This document shows positions 36,887-45,384 of a stretch of DNA of 64,000 nucleotides, piece after piece. The DNA comes from a virus. Below the pieces are notes generated by a model. It was given only the letters and a program-made list of their open reading frames with translations. It ran no database searches and had not been told where the DNA came from. The translations under genes were made by a program, and so were the position numbers. How positions within the stretch are numbered: the first letter of the stretch is position 1; each line of letters starts with the position of its first letter. Location: IMG/VR virus record IMGVR_UViG_3300030503_000573, positions 1-64,000 of that record; one strand, given 5' to 3'.

Positions 36887-37450
36887 ATGACCCGCACCCG
36901 CCGCCCCGCTGGCTCCCGTGCCCACCCTGTCACCACCACCCTCGGCTCGGCCTTTGAAGATGGCCGCTCCGATGTCGAGGGCCTCTACGAGGAGATGAAC
37001 GACTGGGCCTCCAACATGGAGGGCAACAGCATGGAGCACCTGCCCAAGTACGACGAGGTCACCGAGGCCCGCGACGCGCTGGAGACAGCCAACGACACCC
37101 TCGGCGGCATCGAGCCGCCAGACGCCATCGCTGACCTGGAGGTCCACTTCACGACTGACACGCGCCAGAACGCCCAGAGCCGCTCGGGCCGTATGGGGAA
37201 TGTCCTGCAGGCCCTGGGCGCGGCCAAGGACGCCGCCGAGGCCTGGATGGAGGAAAACCCTGAGCTGGAGGTCAGCGAACCAGACGAGGAATTCATCGAC
37301 GGCAACGAACCCCTGGAGGAAGAAGAGAAGGTCACCCAGGAGCAGGTCGAAGAGCGCGAGGCTGCCCGCACCGAGGTCGAAGAATTCCTCAACGAGCTGG
37401 ACAGCGCCATCAGCGAGGCCGAGGGGGTCAGCTTCCCCGGCATGTACTAG
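36887..37450 (+). CDS. Highly acidic early protein
   Basis: CATAAGGAG RBS; D/E-rich helical sequence. Confidence 0.7.
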   Translation: MTRTRRPAGSRAHPVTTTLGSAFEDGRSDVEGLYEEMNDWASNMEGNSMEHLPKYDEVTEARDALETANDTLGGIEPPDAIADLEVHFTTDTRQNAQSRSGRMGNVLQALGAAKDAAEAWMEENPELEVSEPDEEFIDGNEPLEEEEKVTQEQVEEREAARTEVEEFLNELDSAISEAEGVSFPGMY

Positions 37451-37484
37451 CCTATCCCACCCACCAGCATAAGGAGACCACCTC

Positions 37485-38174
37485 ATGACCAACACCACCT
37501 ACACCACCAAGCGGGCGGCCATAGCCGGCGCGCGCCGCGCCCTCGCCAAGGCGGGCGTCGAGAACGCCCTGAGCCAGGTCCACTTCAACGTCCACCTGCG
37601 GGAGGACAGCGACGAGTGGTACTGGGCGGCGGTGGACCTGACGCCGGCTGAGCGGAAGGCCCAGGTGACCAAGCCCTCAGGCAAGTCCTTTCCCGACGCT
37701 GACCCTGGTTCGACCAGGGAGCTGGCCGATCAGAAGGCCGCCCGCCAGTCTCGCGCGGCCAAGCAGGCCATCGCCGAGACCACGGCCAGGACGCCGCCCA
37801 CCCCGCCGCCCACCCCGCCGGTCGCTCCGGCCGAGCGCTGGCGCAAGCCCAAGCGCGCCGAGCCGTCGAAGATCGCCTACCGGCCGCGCTCGGGCTCGCA
37901 GCAGCGGGCGGCCTACGAGCTGCTCACCAGCCCGGACTACCCCGAGGGCATCGAGGCCCAGACCTTCTGCGACCTCATGAACCCGTGGGTCAAGCCTGGC
38001 GCGACGCCGTGGACCCCCGCCAACACCTGGGGCTTTCTCAACTACCTGCTCGTCAGCCAGAAGGGCTACGGCCTGAGCTTCGACGGCACCCGGTTCCGCC
38101 TGCTGGTGCCGAAGGACGAGCGCGACCCGGTCGCGCGCAAGGCCGACCCGCTGCCGCCGATGAAGGCGAAGTGA
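37485..38174 (+). CDS. Hypothetical early protein
   Basis: CATAAGGAG RBS; 229 aa. Confidence 0.7.
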   Translation: MTNTTYTTKRAAIAGARRALAKAGVENALSQVHFNVHLREDSDEWYWAAVDLTPAERKAQVTKPSGKSFPDADPGSTRELADQKAARQSRAAKQAIAETTARTPPTPPPTPPVAPAERWRKPKRAEPSKIAYRPRSGSQQRAAYELLTSPDYPEGIEAQTFCDLMNPWVKPGATPWTPANTWGFLNYLLVSQKGYGLSFDGTRFRLLVPKDERDPVARKADPLPPMKAK

Positions 38175-38383
38175 TGCGCAAGCCCACCACCCACCAGAGC
38201 TCCGTCATCGAGCTGCTCCGGCTCGGGCATGTCACGCCCGAGCCGCACGCCCCCCGCGCGGCGGTGGCCCACTACGAGGCCAACCCGGCGGCGGCCGTGT
38301 GGGTGGTCGCCCGTACCCTCAGCGGTGCCAACCTCACCGAGATGTGGCGCGTCCACCCCGACGGCCGCGCGGAGCAGTTCTGA
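38174..38383 (+). CDS. Hypothetical protein
   Basis: TGATG-coupled at both ends. Confidence 0.55.
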   Translation: MRKPTTHQSSVIELLRLGHVTPEPHAPRAAVAHYEANPAAAVWVVARTLSGANLTEMWRVHPDGRAEQF

Positions 38384-39348
38384 TGAGCATCAGCATGAGA
38401 GGCTGGACCTACGGGGCCGAGCACGAGTTCGTGGACTGGCCACGGTCGAGGCCGCTCCCTGCGGGGTGCACCGCCCTGACGAATGAGTACACCATCGTCA
38501 ACTCGACCGGGGTGGCGACCGACCCGCACCACGACCCGGCCCGGCGCACCTACGCCTGGGGCCACGAGGTCAACACCCCGCCGACCGACGACATCGGGGG
38601 CCAGGTCGGCATCATGATGGAGCTGCTGGAGGCGCTGCCCGAGGCCCGCGTCAACTACCGCTCTGAGCTCAACATCCACATCCGGGTGCCAGGCCTGCGA
38701 GACGACCTCGCGGCGCTGAAGCGCCTCGCCGACTACAACGGCCGCCACCTGAGGACCGCCGTCGAGCTGGTCGACCCCATGAGCCCCCCGGTGCGCTCCC
38801 TGGGCATGACCGACGACGAGTGGGAGGGCGCCAAGCGCAACTACGTGGTGCGCCGCAACTTCCAGCACCGGGTGCTGCCGCCCGACCGCACGGCCCGCCA
38901 GCTGGCGGCTGCCACCACCACTGAGTTCTTCGAGGCCGAGGTGCCGAAGGCGAGGGGCAACGGCCGCCCGATGTGGCACGCCCAGCCCCGGTGCGCGGTA
39001 AACCTGCGGCAGCTGCTGCAGACCGACACGGTGGAGTTCCGCCACTGGGCGGGGACGCTGAACGCCGGCTTGTTCCAGAACGCTGGGCTCTGGTGCATGT
39101 TGTACCTGCGAGGAGCCCTCTTCGATCCTGATACTGCGCCAACAGCTCTGTGGAATGGAATGGCGAGCAGCTTGTTAGAATTCCCACCCCAGCACCCCTA
39201 CGAGCACTGGAAGGAGCGTCGTTTCCGCGCCACCACCCACGACGGCTCCAACCGCCGTGACGAGATTCTACGCAACATCGCGGCCATCGAGAGCGGCGAG
39301 TTCGACGACCTGCCCGAGTCGGTCGCACCTAGGAGGCTGCCGCTGTGA
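38383..39348 (+). CDS. Putative amidoligase (COOH-NH2 ligase, glutamine synthetase-like fold)
   Basis: TYGAEHE, HEVNTPP, LNIHIR, RCAVNL, TVEFRH motifs in canonical order. Confidence 0.75.
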   Translation: MSISMRGWTYGAEHEFVDWPRSRPLPAGCTALTNEYTIVNSTGVATDPHHDPARRTYAWGHEVNTPPTDDIGGQVGIMMELLEALPEARVNYRSELNIHIRVPGLRDDLAALKRLADYNGRHLRTAVELVDPMSPPVRSLGMTDDEWEGAKRNYVVRRNFQHRVLPPDRTARQLAAATTTEFFEAEVPKARGNGRPMWHAQPRCAVNLRQLLQTDTVEFRHWAGTLNAGLFQNAGLWCMLYLRGALFDPDTAPTALWNGMASSLLEFPPQHPYEHWKERRFRATTHDGSNRRDEILRNIAAIESGEFDDLPESVAPRRLPL

Positions 39349-40193
39349 CGCGCATCGACGTAGCCGTCATCGGCGGGGGCCTGTTCGGGCGCACCATCGC
39401 GGCCGAGATGTGGGCCCAGGGACGGGAGTGTCAGGTACTCGACGACGCGCGGCCCTGGAGGGGCTCGGCCCCGGCCGCCTGCCTGATGCGGCCAAGCTGG
39501 TTCTCCAAGATGGAGAGGGGCGAGTACGTCGCCTCGATGGACCGGCTGGACCGGCTGTTCGGGGTCAAGAAGGTCAGGTTCGAGACGCCCGCAGGGCCGG
39601 CCGACCTGGACTGGGTGGACCCAGCCGTGGTGATGCGGCCGGACGCCTGTGTCATACCGGCGACGGTCACCGACATCTGGCGCGGCGAGGGCTACTGGGC
39701 GCTCAGCGTCAACACAGGACAGCCGGTCCACGCCCGCTCGGTCGTCGTGGCCACCGGCGTTTGGGTGCCGGAGCTTGTCAGGACGCCCCACAACATCACC
39801 GCCCTCGGCGGGTGGGCCGTGACCTGGGCATGGCCCTACGAGCGCCAGCAGGGCCCGAGCCGCCTGGAGCCGTGGGCTCCCTACAAGCAGCTCATCGGCT
39901 TCCAGCGGGGGGCTTGGGAGTGGTGGGCCGGCGACGGCACGGCGCTCCTCCCGGGATCGCTCACGCCAGAACGGCGCGACGCCTCCGAGAACCGCCTCCT
40001 GGCCTTCGGCAAGCGCCTTGGCCTAGCGGGTGTCGCCAGCATCACGGGCGGCCTCCGGCCGAAGGTTCCCGGGCTGCGCGCGCCGGCCCTCGTCGAGGAG
40101 GTCGCGCCCGGCCTGTGGATCGCGACCGGCGGCGCAAAGAACGGAACCCTTGGCGCGGCCTGGGCCTCGCTCCAGCTGAAGGACAGGCTCTAG
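39345..40193 (+). CDS. FAD-dependent oxidoreductase (DAO/glycine oxidase-like)
   Basis: VAVIGGGLFG dinucleotide fold, VVVATGVW, GLRP, ATGGAKNG. Confidence 0.85.
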   Translation: MTRIDVAVIGGGLFGRTIAAEMWAQGRECQVLDDARPWRGSAPAACLMRPSWFSKMERGEYVASMDRLDRLFGVKKVRFETPAGPADLDWVDPAVVMRPDACVIPATVTDIWRGEGYWALSVNTGQPVHARSVVVATGVWVPELVRTPHNITALGGWAVTWAWPYERQQGPSRLEPWAPYKQLIGFQRGAWEWWAGDGTALLPGSLTPERRDASENRLLAFGKRLGLAGVASITGGLRPKVPGLRAPALVEEVAPGLWIATGGAKNGTLGAAWASLQLKDRL

Positions 40194-40559
40194 ATGCGCT
40201 TCGTGCTCCGCTCCAAGCTCCACAACGCCACGGTCACCGAGGCGAACCTGCTGTACGTGGGCTCGATCACCATCGACGAGCACCTCATGGAGGTCGTCGG
40301 CCTGTGGCCCGGCGAGCGCGTGCTGGTGGTCTCCAACACGAGCGGGGCCCGCCTGGAGACCTACGTCATCACCGGCGACCGCTACTCCGGGGCGATCTGC
40401 ATGAACGGGGCCGCCGCCCACCTCATCTCGGCCGGCGAGCAGGTCATCATCATGGGCTTCGAGCTGGCCGAGCGGCCCATCACACCGGCCGTGGCCCTGT
40501 GCACGCCTAATAACCAGGTAGCACGCATGCTAAGCGAAATCTCAGGAGAGTTCCTATGA
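40194..40559 (+). CDS. panD: Aspartate 1-decarboxylase (pyruvoyl-dependent)
   Basis: SKLH, YVG-SITID autocleavage site, GARLETYVI, NGAAAH all intact. Confidence 0.95.
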   Translation: MRFVLRSKLHNATVTEANLLYVGSITIDEHLMEVVGLWPGERVLVVSNTSGARLETYVITGDRYSGAICMNGAAAHLISAGEQVIIMGFELAERPITPAVALCTPNNQVARMLSEISGEFL

Positions 40560-40729
40560 TCCAAGCCCTCGTCATGGCAGTGATGCTGTGCGCGCTAGTG
40601 GTGGTCACCGCCAAGGTGCTGACCCTGCTGCTGCGCCTCGTGCTGGTGCTCGCCGGCATGGCGGTGCTGGCCGTGCTCGGGGCAGCCACATTCCTCATCA
40701 CGCTCGCCGCGTCTGTTGCGAGCGCCTAG
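40556..40729 (+). CDS. Small hydrophobic membrane protein (57 aa, not in ORF track)
   Basis: AGGAG RBS, ATGA overlap with panD; almost entirely hydrophobic. Confidence 0.6.
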   Translation: MIQALVMAVMLCALVVVTAKVLTLLLRLVLVLAGMAVLAVLGAATFLITLAASVASA

Positions 40730-40779
40730 AGACCCGCGCGCGGCGGCTTCCGCGCACAGCAAGAAGGAGGACTACGACT

Positions 40780-40938
40780 ATGGACAAGATCATGAGCTAC
40801 CTGGGCGACGAAGGCGGTGCCAGCGCCGCTGAGTACGCCTTGATCCTGGCGCTGATCGCCCTGGTGATCATCGTCAGCGTCACGACCCTCGGCACCAACA
40901 TCAACGGTGTCTTCTCGCACGCTGCCAAGTCTATCTGA
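40780..40938 (+). CDS. flp: Flp/Fap (Tad) type IV prepilin
   Basis: AAGGAGG RBS; 52 aa MDKIMSYLGDEGG-ASAAEYALILALIALVIIVSVTTLGTNINGVF with G-1, E+5, Y+6. Confidence 0.9.
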   Translation: MDKIMSYLGDEGGASAAEYALILALIALVIIVSVTTLGTNINGVFSHAAKSI

Positions 40939-40982
40939 CGCGGCGCGGCGGCCCGGGGTGGTGAGCCCCGGGCGACTACCTT

Positions 40983-41543
40983 GTGAATCATATGGAGTTC
41001 TCAGACGTGGCCAGGGCGATGTTCTACGACAGCTATCAGGACGAAGTGAGGGACTGGATGCTCCAGACCTTCCCGCCCGAGGTCTGCCAGGACCGGGTCG
41101 AACGCGCCGACCGCCTGCTGGAGGAGGTCTTCGAGCTGCTCCAGAGCGGAGGCTACGACCCGGCGCGGGTCGCAATGATCCGCGACTACGTCTGGGGCCG
41201 ACCGGTCGGCGAGCCGGCGCAGGAGGTGGGTGGTGTCGCTGTGACCCTCGCGGCCTACTGCTGGGTGCACGGCCTTGACTACGAGGCTGCTGCCAGGGCC
41301 GAGGTGGCCCGGGTGTGGACCATGATTGATGTCATCCGCAGGAAGCAGGCGGCCAAGCCCAAGGGGAGCCCGCTGCCGGTCGCGGTGGACCACCCGGCGG
41401 AGGCTCCTGTATCCAGAACAGCTGTCATGATATTTGGACAGCCTAAGCTGTACTATGAGGTCTACGAATGCGATCCTCGTGATGGCGCGATGTGGACTGA
41501 TGAGCGCGTCACGTCATGGTTTAGAGGCGAGCCGCTGCCGTGA
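40983..41543 (+). CDS. MazG-like NTP pyrophosphohydrolase
   Basis: RLLEEVFEL...QEVGGV all-alpha NTP-PPase-like pattern. Confidence 0.6.
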   Translation: MNHMEFSDVARAMFYDSYQDEVRDWMLQTFPPEVCQDRVERADRLLEEVFELLQSGGYDPARVAMIRDYVWGRPVGEPAQEVGGVAVTLAAYCWVHGLDYEAAARAEVARVWTMIDVIRRKQAAKPKGSPLPVAVDHPAEAPVSRTAVMIFGQPKLYYEVYECDPRDGAMWTDERVTSWFRGEPLP

Positions 41544-41935
41544 CCAGAACCGTCCCCCGCACCTCGCCCCCGCTCGACCTGGAGCTGGTCGCGCGCACCC
41601 TGCGCACCGCCACCTACCGGGCCTGGATGCTGAGCCTGACCAACAACCGCATGGCCGTGCGCTCCTACGAGGAGATGAAGGCCCCGGAGGTCGGGCAGAT
41701 GGTCGTCGAGCTGACGACCATCTGGGCGCGTGCGTTCGACCTCAAGGGCGTCGGGGAGCTGGTGCTCGTAGCCCAGGAGAGGATCGACCTCGGCGGTGAG
41801 CCCTGGGACGAGGTCTTCCAAGGCACCCCGTGCCCGACCGAGCCAGTCTACTACGTCAAGAACCTAGACGGCACCGTGACCCGCTGGACGAACTGCCAGC
41901 TGCTAGCCTGCCCAGCAGACCTGGGGCTAGTCTAG
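41540..41935 (+). CDS. Hypothetical protein
   Basis: GTGA-coupled 131 aa ORF. Confidence 0.6.
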   Translation: MTRTVPRTSPPLDLELVARTLRTATYRAWMLSLTNNRMAVRSYEEMKAPEVGQMVVELTTIWARAFDLKGVGELVLVAQERIDLGGEPWDEVFQGTPCPTEPVYYVKNLDGTVTRWTNCQLLACPADLGLV

Positions 41936-41940
41936 CACCC

Positions 41941-42261
41941 ATGACCCGCCCCATCCACTTCACCCCGGCCGACGTCGAGCGCTTCCTGAGCTTCGTCGTG
42001 CCCGCGCTTGACGGCTGCCACCACTGGGCAGGTGGCACGAGCTGCGGTGGCCACAACACGAGCGAATACGGCTCGTTCTGGGTGGACGGGCGCGGGGTGC
42101 GTGCCCACATCTTCGCCGCCGTCGCGCTGGGCGACGGGCACGCGCCGGGCAACCACGTCGACCACCTGTGCGTGACGTCGCTGTGCGTCAACCCAGCCCA
42201 CCTGGAGGACGTGCCCCCGCCGGTGAACCAGGCGCGGAAGCTGGAGCGGCGGAGGCGTTGA
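41941..42261 (+). CDS. HNH endonuclease
   Basis: GCHHWAG, YGSF, RAH, VDHLC...CVNPAHLE. Confidence 0.85.
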   Translation: MTRPIHFTPADVERFLSFVVPALDGCHHWAGGTSCGGHNTSEYGSFWVDGRGVRAHIFAAVALGDGHAPGNHVDHLCVTSLCVNPAHLEDVPPPVNQARKLERRRR

Positions 42262-42578
42262 TGGCCCACCCCTCCACCCTCATGGCCATCGCGGCTGGCG
42301 ACTACCGCCTGTTCTGGGTGCGGGTTGGCCCGACCTCGGCGCACACCGCGTGCTGCTGCCCGGCCCACGCCCTCGACAAGCTGGTGATGATCGGCGTGCT
42401 GCGCAGCGACGGCCGCCACCCGGCCGAGGGCGGCGAGATTGACGGCCGGTTCGTGCACTGGTTCTTGGCCCACCCAGAAGACCTCGACCGGCCGATGGGG
42501 CAGGGCGAGGTCGACTTCATCCAGGCCGCGTGCGAGAGCGCGGGGCTGAGCAGCATCGTGAGCGAGGCGAGGAACTAG
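42261..42578 (+). CDS. Hypothetical protein
   Basis: TGATG-coupled with GGAGG RBS. Confidence 0.55.
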   Translation: MAHPSTLMAIAAGDYRLFWVRVGPTSAHTACCCPAHALDKLVMIGVLRSDGRHPAEGGEIDGRFVHWFLAHPEDLDRPMGQGEVDFIQAACESAGLSSIVSEARN

Positions 42579-42580
42579 CA

Positions 42581-43477
42581 ATGATGGAAGTCGAAGACTT
42601 TGGCCGCCTGCTGATCGAGACCGGCGACCTCGACCCGGTGTACGTGGCGCTGAACCGCATGCGTTGGCCGGGCGGGTTCGCCCAGAGGGACCGCTGGCTG
42701 CAGGCGTACTGGTGCTGCTACCACGTGGGGGCCAGCTGCTGGCTCGCCGAGGTTCCGGACTTCTGGGGCTTCATGCGGCTGGCCGCCGTCAACGAGCGGC
42801 CGTCTCCCCTGGGCGGCCGGTGGCCCAGGGCGGCCGAGCGCCGCCACTGGCGGGGTCAGGCAGCCATAGACAGCGTCAACGACCTGGAGCGCCGCTACGG
42901 CAACCCGAACGCCCCTGACAAGAGCTGGTCCATGGTGCGGTACTGCGGCTTCGACGTCGAGCGGGAGGACATCCACCAGCCCAAGGTCCCCCTCGCGCTG
43001 ATTGAGGCCCGCGTCAAGGAGCACACCGGCTTCGGGCCCTGGATCGCCTTCAAGGTCGCCGACATGCTGGAGCGGTGCTGCGGGGTGCCGGTCGAGTTCG
43101 GCAACGCGCCGATGTTCTACGACAGCCCGAAGAAGGCCGCGCTGGCGCTGTTCAAGATGAGGGCCGGCCTGCCAGCCGCTGCCAAGGTCAAGGACGAGCT
43201 GGGGGCCATCTCCCAGGTCTCAGCCCACCTGCTGCGCACCATAGGCGACCTGGAGGCCCCCGGCGGGGGCCGGGCGTGCGGGCTGCCCGAGGTCGAGACC
43301 GTGCTGTGCAAGTGGGGCTCCCACCTCAGCGGCCACTATCCGCCGGGGAAGGACATCGCCGAGATTTATGAGGGGCTGTCCGAGTGGGAGACAGTCAGCC
43401 CGCTGGCCAGGAAGTTCCTCGCGGCGATGCCTGTTGACCAAGCAAAGCTGCTAGGTGCGGCCCCGGCTGCGGCCTAG
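42581..43477 (+). CDS. Amino acid:DNA transferase (aGPT-Pplase clade 2-like)
   Basis: TGDLDPVY, AYWCCYH, ERRHWRG, FGPWIAFKVADM, EVETVLCKW, YPPGKD motifs; beside kinases and TS homolog. Confidence 0.8.
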   Translation: MMEVEDFGRLLIETGDLDPVYVALNRMRWPGGFAQRDRWLQAYWCCYHVGASCWLAEVPDFWGFMRLAAVNERPSPLGGRWPRAAERRHWRGQAAIDSVNDLERRYGNPNAPDKSWSMVRYCGFDVEREDIHQPKVPLALIEARVKEHTGFGPWIAFKVADMLERCCGVPVEFGNAPMFYDSPKKAALALFKMRAGLPAAAKVKDELGAISQVSAHLLRTIGDLEAPGGGRACGLPEVETVLCKWGSHLSGHYPPGKDIAEIYEGLSEWETVSPLARKFLAAMPVDQAKLLGAAPAAA

Positions 43478-43503
43478 GTTAACCACTGACATAAGGAGCT
43501 CAC

Positions 43504-44142
43504 ATGGGCTGGGTACTCAACATACGCGGGACCAACGGGTCAGGGAAGAGCCACCTCGTGCGCTCGATGCTGCCGACGCCTGAGTATAGGCCAAATGTTA
43601 ACCTAGCCCGCTACGACTCACCGACGAAGCGCTACCCTGACCGCAAGAATGTAGTACCAGGGTATGTACTCAGTGAGCGAGACCTCGGACTGTTTGGTGT
43701 TGTTGGCTCCTACGAGACCCCGACAGGCGGCCTCGACGGAGTGCCAACATTTGCGGCTCAGATCGCGAGCTGTGCTCAGCTGCTCAACGACAACGAGTGC
43801 TGTACAGTCCTCGCCGAGGGCGTGCTGGCCTCCACGGTCTTCGGAGCCTGGGGCGCGTTCGCCGATGACCTCTCGCGGTTATCTCGACACCGTATGGCGT
43901 TCCTCTACATGAGCACGCCGGTTGACGTATGCCTGATGCGCATCACCGAGCGCCAGATTAAGGCCGGTCGCATCAGGGATATCAACGAGCAGCTGGTGCG
44001 CGACAAGGTGCGGGCCGTCGCCGCGACCCGCGAGCGGGCGCTGGCCGCCGGCCACGCGGTGTTCGACCTGCCGTTCGGGCTGGAGCGCGTGGCGCTGACT
44101 GGCATCATGCGCGGCGACATGGAGAGCTACCGTGGGAACTAG
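43504..44142 (+). CDS. 5-hmdU DNA kinase-like P-loop kinase 1
   Basis: NIRGTNGSGKS, VGSY...GGLD, LAEG. Confidence 0.8.
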   Translation: MGWVLNIRGTNGSGKSHLVRSMLPTPEYRPNVNLARYDSPTKRYPDRKNVVPGYVLSERDLGLFGVVGSYETPTGGLDGVPTFAAQIASCAQLLNDNECCTVLAEGVLASTVFGAWGAFADDLSRLSRHRMAFLYMSTPVDVCLMRITERQIKAGRIRDINEQLVRDKVRAVAATRERALAAGHAVFDLPFGLERVALTGIMRGDMESYRGN

Positions 44143-44761
44143 GCTGATAATCAACCTGCGTGGGCCCAACGGGGCCGGCAAGACGACGGTGGCCCGGGGG
44201 TTCCTGGAGCACAAGACTATCGACCTGGAGCCATACAGATACATCAACTCTGAGGGTCGAAGCAGAAGCTGGCCTATAGCCCAATGCAAGGCGCCAGGCC
44301 TCCAGCTGCCTATCTACGTGCTTGGACGCTATGATGTCCAGCAGGGCGGCTGTGACACGGAGAAGGACATGGACGCCATAGAGCGCTGCGTCCAGTGGGC
44401 CGTGGACAACCTCACCGATGGTCACATCTTCTTCGAGGGCTTCGTGGTCTCCAAGAGCGGCGGCCGGTGGCTGGAGTTCGCCGGGCGCAACGAGCGGGCT
44501 GGGAAGGGTCGCTACGTCTGGGCCTTCCTGAGGCCCAACCTCAACGAGCTGGAGGCACGCATCAAGGGCCGCAATGGCGGCAAGGAGGTCAAGCTTCCAC
44601 TCCTTGACAACACGATGCGCACAGTTGACCTCATTCGCAACAAGGCAAAGGCCCTCGTCACCGACCGCCGGTTCCTGGTGGACCTGGACTGGCAGCTCAG
44701 CGCGCCCATGGTTACCGAGCAGCTGATCCTACGCTTACAGCAGCTGGAGGCCGTCCGATGA
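44132..44761 (+). CDS. 5-hmdU DNA kinase-like P-loop kinase 2
   Basis: NLRGPNGAGKT, LGRY...GGCD, FFEG. Confidence 0.8.
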   Translation: MGTRLIINLRGPNGAGKTTVARGFLEHKTIDLEPYRYINSEGRSRSWPIAQCKAPGLQLPIYVLGRYDVQQGGCDTEKDMDAIERCVQWAVDNLTDGHIFFEGFVVSKSGGRWLEFAGRNERAGKGRYVWAFLRPNLNELEARIKGRNGGKEVKLPLLDNTMRTVDLIRNKAKALVTDRRFLVDLDWQLSAPMVTEQLILRLQQLEAVR

Positions 44762-45384
44762 CTACCCGAGTCATCGTCAACATCAGGGGTGCCAACGCCA
44801 GCGGCAAGACGACGCTGATGCGCCGCGTGATTGGGTCTGCGCCATACGTAGACCTAGGCCAGTTTCCAGACGCCCAGGGGAAGATGGGCTTCGTCCAAGG
44901 CCACCAGTTCTCGCTGGAGGGGTTCGAGCTGCCCTTCCTGGTCATCGGCCGGTACGATGCGTCCAAGTACTCGGGGTGCGACAAGATCAAGAGCGCTGAC
45001 CAGATCGAGGGGGTGTTGCGCTGGGCCATAGACGGCGGCTTCGCCGGCCACGTCCTCTTCGAGGGCTTCCGGGTCTCCAAGAGCTGGGCCCGCTTCGCCG
45101 CCGTGCGCAACTGGTGCGTGAGCAACCATCATGCCAGCTGGGTGTGGGCCTTCCTGCGCGCCGAGCCCGAGCTGATCTTTGAGCGCTCGGCCGCCCGGCG
45201 CGAGGCCGACGCGAGGCCCATTGACAAGGAGGAGCTCGCGGCAGTGTGCCGGGTGATGGCCTCCACCTGGCGCAAGGCCAAGGTGGCGATGCCACGAGAC
45301 TGCCTGGACCTGGACGCCTCGCAGCCGACCGAGGTGCTGTACGCGCAGCTGCTCGGGCGCATCAAGATGCTGGAGTCGGCGTGA
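44758..45384 (+). CDS. 5-hmdU DNA kinase-like P-loop kinase 3
   Basis: NIRGANASGKT, IGRY...SGCD, LFEG. Confidence 0.8.
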   Translation: MTTRVIVNIRGANASGKTTLMRRVIGSAPYVDLGQFPDAQGKMGFVQGHQFSLEGFELPFLVIGRYDASKYSGCDKIKSADQIEGVLRWAIDGGFAGHVLFEGFRVSKSWARFAAVRNWCVSNHHASWVWAFLRAEPELIFERSAARREADARPIDKEELAAVCRVMASTWRKAKVAMPRDCLDLDASQPTEVLYAQLLGRIKMLESA

